Below, piece by piece: positions 1 through 8,986 of a DNA stretch of 64,000 nucleotides (positions are counted from its first letter, which is position 1; each line of letters starts with the position of its first letter). The DNA lies in contig OZ024741.1 in assembly GCA_964016885.1 (NCBI GenBank), forward strand, positions 372,186,001 through 372,250,000, written 5' to 3'. The translations under genes were made by a program, and so were the position numbers. This DNA comes from Eledone cirrhosa (Eukaryota). The notes under the pieces are model-generated. The model was not told the DNA's origin. It was given only the letters and a program-made list of their open reading frames with translations, and made no database searches.

Positions 1-93
1 GGTGTTGTTGGTGATGGTAGTGATGTTGTTGGTGATGGTAGTGATGTTGTTGGTGATGGTAGTGGTGTTGTTGGTGATGGTAGTGATGTTGTT
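1..93. repeat. GGT/GAT/GTT-rich 21-bp minisatellite (GGTGATGGTAGTGATGTTGTT)
   Basis: About 4 near-identical units visible at the window start. Confidence 0.85.
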
Positions 94-171
94 GAGCAGA
101 ATGTATGTTCAGACTACGCAAGCTTTATGGATGTATATATGTTTAGATATTTACACTCACGCTATTACACT

Positions 172-472
172 TTAAAAGTTTGTTTTAAGCCGAAGGCTCA
201 TCAGGCCGGTATATATATCCCCGGTTTTCTTGGTGTTAAGCGACTGAGAGTACAAGTCTCTCCTTGGACAGGACGCTGCTCTATCGTAGGATTAACTCTC
301 CAGCTACTGCTGTACACTCTGTACATAGAGTGCAGTACACTCTCAACTGAGTGTACTGTAGCAACGTGAAATAAAGTGTTTTGCTCAAGAACACAATGCA
401 GCAGCCTGTGCAGGAATCGAACCGACAACATTGCGATCCTACGCCGAGCATCCTAACCATTAAGCCACCACA
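172..472 (-). mobile_element. tRNA-derived SINE with CORE-like central domain
   Basis: Minus strand shows A-box TGGCTTAATGG and B-box GGTTCGATTCC, then TTGTGTTCTTGAGCAAAACACTTTATTTCACGTTGCT, shared with the copies at 3445 and 29160-29560. Confidence 0.7.
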
Positions 473-594
473 CTAGCAGCTTTTAAACTAGAGCAATGCT
501 GTTTTGTTTTATCATTAACAGAACAAAACAAATAATTTTACATATTTCCGTTTACGTAGCTGCGAAAAATGGTTAACAAACCCTTTGATAATGG

Positions 595-790
595 TTTCTT
601 ATATAGGCACAAGGGGGAGGGGAAAGTCGATTAAATCGACTCCAGTGCGTGATTGGTATTTTATTTTATCGACCCCGTAAGGATGAAAGGTAAAGTTGAC
701 CTCGGCGTGATTTAAAATCAGATCATAAAGGACCGTGACTCTATGCTGCAAAGTATGGCGTGTGACCCTCAACCGATATTGCCAATCCAC
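595..790 (-). mobile_element. ~220-bp tRNA-related SINE (family with CCTTTCATCCTT..GGGGTCGATAAA, Nin-like domain)
   Basis: Similar to about 10 other copies in the window (1020, 3335, 4250, 15630, 17752, 28915, 30215, 40709). The Nin-domain label is from memory of that motif. Confidence 0.7.
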
Positions 791-1019
791 GACGACTCTA
801 CTTCATGTCTAGTATATCAATGCATTTCTTAATTTTATCGATTACGCAAATCTTGTGGAATGCCTTAAAATAGGAATCAATACTAAATAACTGATTCGAT
901 TCAATAGGATTTTATCTTTTCCTCAATCCTAAGATTTTAACCCGTATACAAGCCATTCCTAAGAGATTATCAACGTAAGTGAAGTGGTGGCAATAAGTTA
1001 ATTCACAATTCACAAGGAC

Positions 1020-1215
1020 AACGGATTGGAAACATGCCTCGTAGTATTTGTTCTGGTCTTTTACGTTCTGAATTCAAAACCCATCGAAGTCAACTTTTCT
1101 TTTCATTCGTCTGGTGTCAATAAAATATAAAAGGATCGGTCGTGTACAGGAGTCGATTTAATCAACTTTCACCTCCTTTCAAATTGCTGGCCTTGTGCCT
1201 AAATCAGAAACTGTT
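1020..1215 (+). mobile_element. SINE copy (same ~220-bp family)
   Basis: Contains GTTCTGAATTCAAA..GAAGTCAACTTT and ends AAATTGCTGGCCTTGTGCCTAAATCAGAAA. Confidence 0.65.
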
Positions 1216-1380
1216 GTCAGTTAATTCACAGGCAACATGATTTATCTATTATTACAACATAAAGTAGCCAGTTCGCAAACTGGTAAACGAAATTGAGTCT
1301 CATACATTGAGTTTGTCCAGAACTTTCCTGACACAACAGGACTCTTCGTCAATTGTTTAATAAAAAATAACATAACAAAC

Positions 1381-1908
1381 CTGATAGAAACTTGGCTTCA
1401 TTGACTGTTTCTTTTGTCGTTACAATCACCCAATCACTTGAATTGATAACAATTTGTTTGTGGTCTTTTATAATGTGCACTAGAGGTTTAGGTACGATTC
1501 TTTCAGCTGCCTTCTTTTGACAGTGTTCTGAAGGCAATATGTTTATACCATAGCGTTCACTTGGAGAATAAGGATGAAAATGATCCAAAGGACCCTGTCG
1601 TTTGTACTGGTCGGGTTTGATGAAAGGTTTCACAAAGTTTAAGCTTTCGCCAGCAGTGCTTTTTATAACACGTGATTTCAAGTTCTTGGCTTTCACGAAC
1701 CAGTTTGGCATTACGTCGGTTTTGGCCACTGACCAGTTCTCGCCAAAGTATCGTATCTTGAATGACTGTCCGGGATAAATGGGCTTGAAGTTTTTTGTTA
1801 GAGACATTTTGTATAAGCAGCCTTGCGTGTGAGTAAACATCACACCATACGTTTTGTCCAAATCAGTAGAAGCTATCCGCATGATGTTGCAAAAGTAAAT
1901 TTGCCAGT
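1381..1908 (-). CDS. Internal exon of GH20 beta-N-acetylhexosaminidase/chitobiase (CHB_HEX domain and start of the GH20b domain)
   Basis: Acceptor CAAAG|AC downstream of a pyrimidine tract, donor CAG|GTTTGT, 528 nt, phase 1-1. Translation DWQIYFCNIMR...FKPIYPGQSFKI...WSVAKTDVMPNWFV...FVKPF..PDQYKR...D...PYSPSERY...RIVPKP resembles the Serratia/Vibrio chitobiase N-terminus. Confidence 0.85.
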
Positions 1909-2290
1909 CTTTGGTAGTTGGGTCATAGAGAAAGAAAGAAAAAATAAATAATAAAGAATGAAAGGAAACACGAATGAGAGAAGGTCATGGTGTTGTAATA
2001 AGTGAGGTTATATTTACACGAGAGAAGGCCATGGTGTTGAATAAGTGAGGATATATTTACATCAGCGACAACATGAAGATGAATAACTTAAACCAGTGAA
2101 AATGTTCTTATACAAATCAAATAGGTGATTGGAATGACTTGTTATGACCCAATACATTACTGGTATAAGTACCAGTAATCTTTGCGTGAATCTTTGTATC
2201 AATCTTTGCATCAATCTTTGCAAGCAGTTGATGCTCTACCGATTGTTACAACTCATCGCCCTTATAATGATTCAATACTTTTTCAAAAAT

Positions 2291-2397
<107 letters not shown>

Positions 2398-2429
2398 ATA
2401 TGTATGTCCACACAAATATGTATGTATTG

Positions 2430-2830
2430 ATATATATCAATACATGGTGCCGAGGAGAAAGAACAAGAGGAAGCACATCAGCTCTGCAGACCCAAATGTG
2501 TGTGCAGCCAGAGAACACCTTAAAGCTGCTAAGGACCAATTCTATGCTGATCCTACGAAGGAGAGGAAGGAGAATATGTAGGTGATGAGGAAAGAACTCT
2601 GTACCGCTTACACTGAGGCCAGAGAGGAGGCGCTGATAGAGAAGATCAGAAGTGTGGAGAGAGCGGTTGACAGGTCTGGATGTAAGGAGAGCTGGATTAT
2701 CATCAACGAGATCACAGGGAGGAAGAGAATGTGCTAGAGTCACTCCAGGGAATAGGGCCCGAGTATAGGAAGAGGAAATGGAGAGCCGCCCTCCACAGCC
2801 CAGAACACTGGGGGAGATCAGGCGGCTGTT
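2430..2830 (+). mobile_element. Decayed RTE-like LINE ORF2 fragment (EN-RT linker)
   Basis: Broken translation ...AYTEAREEALIEKIRSVE...SWIIINEITGRK...GIGPEYRKRKW, with a stop and a frameshift. Confidence 0.5.
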
Positions 2831-2921
2831 TGAGGACAGCAAATATATATATAACCAATACTGCCAATACTGGAATTGAACCATCAAGACAGTTGAGGTA
2901 TGCCATACATCAATTCATATA

Positions 2922-2983
2922 TTTTATCTGATGAGGACGTGCTGAAAAAACAGCACAGTACCTCCGAAATATATATAATAAAA
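2922..2983 (+). ncRNA. Minimal type I hammerhead ribozyme (Penelope-type)
   Basis: TTTTAT-CTGATGA-GGA..TCC-GAAA-TATATA-TA-ATAAAA: stem I TTTTAT/ATAAAA, palindromic stem III, inner GTGCTG/CAGCAC hairpin. Confidence 0.65.
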
Positions 2984-3027
2984 CATATATTTTGATTATG
3001 TGAACGTCTTCATTTATTAATATTTTG

Positions 3028-3094
<67 letters not shown>

Positions 3095-3129
3095 GAAACT
3101 GAAACCAAGTAGAAAAACAACCAACCTAC

Positions 3130-3294
3130 CTCCACGAATTATGTTTGTTAGTCCTTGGTTTATTAATGTTAGTTCCACTTCATAAAAATACCTGTTCCTT
3201 TTTGGTCCATTGTGCAGAACTTCGTACTGGATTTCCATAAAGTCACCAATGTAGTCGATATATGATTGCTTTAGAAGCTGTCCTTTCCAATCAA
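3130..3294 (-). CDS. Internal exon of the hexosaminidase (start of CHB_HEX domain)
   Basis: Acceptor TTTCAG|TT, donor GAG|GTAGGT, 165 nt, phase 1-1. Encodes DWKGQLLKQSYIDYIGDFMEIQYEVLHN...ELTLINQG; splicing to the next exon creates the G|AC codon of DW(Q)IYF. Confidence 0.8.
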
Positions 3295-3444
3295 CTGAAA
3301 CACGAATTTGGGGGACATTAATAATTGTTTTTACTTTTGGCACAAGGCCAGCAATATCCCAGTGCATTACTGGTACTTTATTTTATCGACTCCGTAAGGA
3401 TGAAAGACAAAGCTAACCTCGGCGGAACGTACCATAATATAGAG

Positions 3445-3722
3445 TGACGGCGCGTGGCCTAGTGGTAAGAGTGTTGGACTTACGATCATAAGAGCGTGGG
3501 TTCGATTCCTGGACTGGGTTGTGTACTGTTTTCTTGAGAAAAAATATTTCACTTTACGTTGCTCCAGTATACTCAACTGTAAATGAGTATCAGTAATAGC
3601 TGGGTATTTAACTCTGGCGTCCTGACCAGGGGAGCGTTATGTACTCTGAGTCATATAACGCCATAGAAACCCGAATAAGCACCAGCCTGATGAGCTCCCG
3701 GGATCGAGACAGACTTTAGACT
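3445..3722 (+). mobile_element. tRNA-derived CORE-like SINE
   Basis: A-box TGGCCTAGTGG, B-box GGTTCGATTCC, central domain, 3' GAAACC..ATAAGCACCAGCCTGATGAG and GACTTTAGACTT tail. Confidence 0.75.
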
Positions 3723-4249
3723 TAGGCATATTATAAAGCTAACTGTGGACGCTAAGTACCCAGGTGCCGGACCTGAGTGTAATACTTGATCACTGCGATT
3801 TAATCTACCTTAACTGATGTGCTGCTCGCGGGCAGATATATCCGAAAAATGATTGACATATCCTCGATGTCCGCAATAACGACTTTGGTGTCCTGAAATC
3901 CGTTGATTGCTACTTCATCTCCTCTGGCCACTTCTCTCACATCTCCGTATTTGAATTTCGCCATCTTAGTAAACATTAATTTAATTTACAACATGACAAC
4001 CATTTCCAACTATACTCACTTTCAATTCTTTTAATTTTCCACTCACCTGCCACCTTTCCAATGTCATACCCCCGGAGTAGGTTTATGCTTTTCGTCGCCT
4101 CATGTATTCATCTGTTTTGTTCCTTTGTGACTGTATGACGTATTACTTGTTAGTAGCATCTACCATTAAATCGGTTGCTTCATCTTCATCGAACTCGAAT
4201 AAACCATATTTCACCCTAATTTCGATACATGTGAAATCACCGGAAGGAG

Positions 4250-4460
4250 GATTTCTACTATAGGCACAAGGCCAGCAATTTGGGGAGAGAGTAAAGTCGA
4301 TTAAATCAACCCCAGTGCGTTACTGGTACTTTATTTTATCGACCCCATAAGGATGAAAGGCAAAGCTAACCTCGATAGGATTTGAATTCGCAACGTAAAG
4401 GGCAGTAATTCTATGCTGCAAAGCATGTTGTCCGACGCTCTATCGATACTGCTAATCCAA
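4250..4460 (-). mobile_element. SINE copy (~220-bp Nin-like family)
   Basis: Similar over its full length to the copy at 17752-17965. Confidence 0.7.
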
Positions 4461-4614
4461 ATAATAAGATGATGGTGATGATGGTGATGATGATGATGAT
4501 GATGAGGCAGAAGAAGAAGAAGAAGAAGAAGAAGAAGAAGAATGCAGTAAGTAAGAATAAAGAAGACATAAAATAGAAAGTATAAAAGACCAAGTAAAAA
4601 GGAATATTCCTTAC

Positions 4615-4890
4615 CAGAAGACGGACAGTCATTAAATATATCAGAAGAATCAACACAAACGTGCTTCTGTAGACTGAAAACATGTCCAACAGGGCAGGTG
4701 GGCAGAGTTTGTATTATTCCTCTTGTACACTGAAAGGCATTTTGACAGTCGGATGGCATTCTTATAAATCCATCGAAGCTCTTGCAAAGATCACCAAGGT
4801 CTGTAATATTGCCAAATATAGACGCCACCGGTGCAGGACCGGACTGTCGTCCATTTATGCAAGAAATGCATATAACCACCAGACAGATAA
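4615..4890 (-). CDS. Exon encoding a signal-peptide core and a peritrophin-A/CBM14 chitin-binding domain; probably part of the hexosaminidase gene
   Basis: Acceptor TTGTTCACAG|TT, donor CTG|GTAAGG, 276 nt, phase 1-1. Hydrophobic ICLVVICISCING is followed by a six-Cys pattern C..DGF..PSDC..AFQC.........TCPVGHVF.....C.........C. Confidence 0.75.
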
Positions 4891-4960
4891 CTGTGAACAA
4901 CGAAACAAAAATATAAATAAATAAAAAGAATTACAAATAAATACAACAGAAACATTATGT

Positions 4961-5128
4961 ACGTAGGTCGGCTGAAATGTTCATAGGCTGAATAAGATAC
5001 TCTCACGGAATGACCAAATGAGGTTTATTTTTCACCATAGTCCCTGGATAGAAATAAAGCAGTTATTAATAAGAAGAGTTGAAATTAATGCATGCAAGAT
5101 TTCACAGCTCTAGCATCAATCCTTCATA
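4961..5128. mobile_element. Mariner-derived MITE fragment
   Basis: GGTCGGCTGAAATGTTCATAGGCTGA..GACCAAATGAGGTTTATTTTTCA is the reverse complement of the mariner end at 17055-17132. Confidence 0.65.
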
Positions 5129-5176
5129 TACAGACATACATACTTACATCCATACACACACACACACGCACGCGCA

Positions 5177-5271
<95 letters not shown>

Positions 5272-5272
<1 letters not shown>

Positions 5273-7275
5273 AGAAGGTCGGCTGAAATGTTCATAGCCT
5301 GACTAAGATACTCTCATGGAATGACCAAATGAGGTTTATTTTTCAACATTAAATTAATCGACCAGGTCATGAAGGTCACGGAAAAAGTTATAGCGCAACT
5401 AATCAGAGAGAGAATTGATCTAGATGAAATGCAGTTCGGTTTTGTGTCAGGCAAAAGTACCACAGACGCTCTTTTCATTGTACGACAACTACAGGAGAAG
5501 TACCTAGCTAAAAGTAAACCCCTATACTTAGCTTTTGTTGACTTGGAGAAAGCCTTCGACAGAGTCCCCAGTTCCATTATCTGGTGGGCTCTTAGAAAAC
5601 TAGGTGTTGACGAATGGCTTGTGAGAGCTATACAAGCCATGTATAAAGAAACAGTCAGCAAGGTTAGAATTAACAACGAATATAGTGAAGAGTTTAGTGT
5701 AAAAGTTGGTGTTCATCAGGGCTCTGTTCTTAGCCCCCTACTATTTATTATTGCCCTTCAGGCTATAACAGTGGAGTTCAAGACCGGCTGCCCATGGGAA
5801 CTCCTATACGCAGATGATCTAACGCTCATAGCTGAATCAATGGCCGAGCTAGAGAAGAAATTCCAAACATGGAAGCACGGCCTAGAATCAAAAGGCCTTA
5901 AAATTAACCTGGCTAAGACTAAAGTTCTAGTTTGTAGGAAAGAAAATAAGGCGACGGTTCCTTCCGGGAAATGGCCATGCTCAGTGTGTAGGAAAGGCGT
6001 AGGTAGAAACTCCATTTTATGTCCCAAATGCAAAGTATGGGTGCATAAAAGATGTAGTGGGATCACAGGTAAGCTAACTAAGAACATAGATTTTACATGT
6101 GGCCGGTGCTCTGGTGCAACAAGTAGCAGCAAGTGCCCACTAAATACTAGCTCTTTCAATTGCGCAGAGGGTTCTATAGAAATAGTGGACAGCTTCCGTT
6201 ACCTGGGTGACAAAATCAGCAGTGGGGGAGGGTGCTCTGAAAGTACAGTAGCTAGAGTCAGAACTGGATGGAAAAAGTTCAGAGAGTTTATACCACTATT
6301 AGCCATTAAAGGGTTCTCCCTAAAAATGAAAGGCAGGTTGTATGATGCCTGCATACGAACAGCAATGTTGCATGGCAGTGAGACCTGGGCATTGTGTGCA
6401 GAGGATATACGCAGACTAGAGAGGAACGAAGCTTGCATGCTCCGCTGGATGTGTAATAGTAACATACGTGAACGGCAAAGCATAAGCGAACTAAGGAAAA
6501 AATTAGAAATAAGAGGGATCAGATGTTGTTTACTCGAGAGAAGGCTACGTTGGTATGGTCACGTGATGCGCATGAAAGACGACAGCTGTATAACAAAGTG
6601 CAGGGCAATAAAGATAGACGGTAGCTACGGAGTAGGCAGACCCAGAAAAACCTGGGACGAGCTGATAAATTCCGATCTTACACACTTACACCTCTCCAAG
6701 ACAATGTCACTGGACCGAGACCTTTGGCGGTACTCAGTAATAGAGAAGACCCGCCTTACCTAAATACAAAGTAAAACCTACTACAGTCAGTAGGCATCTC
6801 TAACAAAATACAGCCCCGTCCCACCACCCCCACCCCATCCACACCGCCCATTTCAATGTAAAGTTATGTTGGTGCCACAACATCCAGGCCGAAACAAATG
6901 AGATCGTGTAGGTGTCACGACAAAAAAACACACAGTCCACGCTGTAATGTGGCCGTGTAGGCAACACGGTAAAAACCTCCCAGCCCCACACTGTAAATGT
7001 GGTTGGTGTTAGGAAGGGCATCCAGCTGTAGAAAACCCGCCAGCCAGTCCTATGCGAGCAAGACAATCACTCTTGCCTCAAGTGGGAAAACCCCCGTCCA
7101 AACCCATGCAAGCGTGGAACACGGACGTTAAACGTTGATGATGATGATGATGATGAGTCCCTGAAAAGAAATAAAGCAGTTATTAATAAGAAGAGTTGAA
7201 ATTACTGCATGCAAGATTTCACAGCTCTAGCATCACTTCTTCATAGTTAACCTATGAAACTTCCAACTCACGCTT
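5272..7275. mobile_element. Second copy of the mariner MITE, split by the RTE LINE
   Basis: Joining 5272-5349 to 7156-7245 reconstitutes the 4961-5128 sequence. A degenerate second TIR (CCTATGAAACTTCCAAC) lies at about 7250-7270. Confidence 0.65.
5350..7155 (+). mobile_element. 5'-truncated RTE-clade LINE; RT ORF 5369-6763 with an embedded PHD finger; (GAT)n tail
   Basis: RT motifs QFGF, FVDLEKAFDRVP, GVHQGSVLSPLLF, LLYADD, FRYLG, HGSETW, RLRWYGHV, GRPRKTW. The 3' UTR ends ACGTTAAACGTT(GAT)n. Confidence 0.9.
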
Positions 7276-7425
7276 CTGTGTATGTATGTAAAAACTTAAA
7301 CAATGGCATAAGTAAGAATAAAATGTTTTGTGTGGTCATTTTCGAAATGCGGATAATTATGTATGTATGTATGTATGTATGTATGTATGTATGTATGTAT
7401 GTATGTATGTATGTATGTATGTATG

Positions 7426-8031
7426 TTACCAGTAGCACCAACTGGTGACCTGACATGTAACATGTATCCCAGTACAACCTGTCCCATGGTCGGGTCGTTG
7501 GCGACTAATCTGGCAACCCCACCAAGGTTTCTTGGTGAGGAGGGTGACTTTGGACATCCTGCAGGACTAAAAACAAAACCTGTCAAAGGGCAAAGGAGCT
7601 CTTAAGAGTCAATGGCCATCCAAAATCACCAGGAGAGATGACCCCTTAGCCTTTGTCAAGGAAGAATTCTAGGAGAAGGAAAACTCTGATATAACAACTG
7701 CAACCCTGATGGTATCCAATGATGTTCTTCTTTTTGGTAAATATCATCTTGGTTAAGAGAGTGGGACTGGCTTTGTGCAGTGCCTTTGCTCACTATAAAA
7801 GCTTCACGGCACAGGCATTGCTTTATATCTGGAGATCTCTCTGCACTTGTCGTCACATGGTACCATGGGCCCAGCACTATGTTTCAATAATTGTCACAAG
7901 TGTAGCGTTTGTACCAGAGTTTTCAAGTCGCTGGCTGGACTAAAAAGTCACACTTGTTCAGCGCATCAGTAGGGGTTCTCCTACATGGATATAAAGTAGT
8001 GGCCGTACTTGAAAACGAGTTGGCAGCCATC
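7426..8031 (+). mobile_element. Bipartite non-autonomous RTE derivative (RTE-like 5' UTR fused to last C2H2 finger and 3' UTR) inside (TATG)n
   Basis: Contains TTCTAGGAGAAGGAAAACTCTGA, then HKCSVCTRVFKSLAGLKSH, then GGCCGTACTTGAAAACGAGTTGGCAGCCATCAT. (TATG)n lies on both sides, and copies occur at 25968 and 34682. Confidence 0.7.
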
Positions 8032-8054
8032 ATATATGTATGTATGTATGCGTA

Positions 8055-8680
8055 TTTCGGGTCACTCTTGAGTGCTACTGGTGACATATAGCCCAGTACA
8101 ACATGTCGCATGGTCGGGTCGTCGGTGATTAAACTGGTAACCCCACCAAGTTTACTTGGTGAGGAGAGTGATTTTGGACACCCTGCAGGACAAAAAACAA
8201 AACCTGACAAAGGGCGGAAGAACTCATGAGAGTCAACGGCCATCCAAAAATGTGTAAAAATGTATATTCACATGTATATGTATATGTATATATGTATATG
8301 CATGTGTGCACGTGTATGTATATGCGCGGGGACATAGAAATAATCGGGCTGGATACCCGATCGCGCAGTTAAACCACTGGGAGTGAAGGACCCCTAGCCT
8401 TTGTTAGGGCATTCTTCTAGGAGAAGGCAACTCAGGAAACTGGGATAACCTTGACATAAAACCCGTGGCTCAGTAGTTACCGATGATGTCGATCTCTTCT
8501 TCTTTTCGGGATATAGCTACTGTCGCTCAAAGAGTGGGATTGGCTCAGTGCACAGTCTTTCCTGACTTTAAAAAAATTCTTCACGCACAGGCATTGCACG
8601 ATAGAATTAATTAATAATTATTAATAATTGTTATATCGTGCAATGGTCATACTCGATAACGAGGGGACAGCCATCATCAT
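8055..8680 (+). mobile_element. Partial and diverged members of the same RTE-derived family
   Basis: 8055-8250 matches the 5' head. 8340-8680 shares the CTAGGAGAAGG, CCGATGATG, GAGTGGGATTGG and CACAGGCATTGC blocks and the ATACTCGATAACGAG..CAGCCATCAT 3' end. Confidence 0.6.
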
Positions 8681-8986
8681 GTGTATGTATGTATGTATGT
8701 ATGTATGTATGTATGTATGTATGTATGTATGTATGTATGTATGTATGTATGTTCTTCTGGTTTTATAATTTCACAAAGTTTTACCAATAGAGAGAGAGAG
8801 TCGGTTTCTAACATAGACACAAGACTCTCTCATTGGAATTTACACATCAACTAGGTAGATATGTATGTATGTCAGCATGCATGCATGTGTAGATATGGAT
8901 GTTATTGTATGTGTGGATGTGTATGTTTTGAGTTGTATGTGTGCATGTGTATATGCTTTGTATCTGTACATGTGTATATGCAGTTA

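Noticed and set aside
3445-3520. tRNA gene
   Set aside because: A/B boxes are present but there is no complete cloverleaf, and the sequence continues into a SINE body.
3685-3712. CTGATGAG hammerhead-like core
   Set aside because: There is no matching GAAA or stem III; it is part of the SINE 3' region.
4047-4140. Possible extra hexosaminidase exon ending at CAG|GTGAGT
   Set aside because: All frames hit stop codons before a phase-compatible acceptor.
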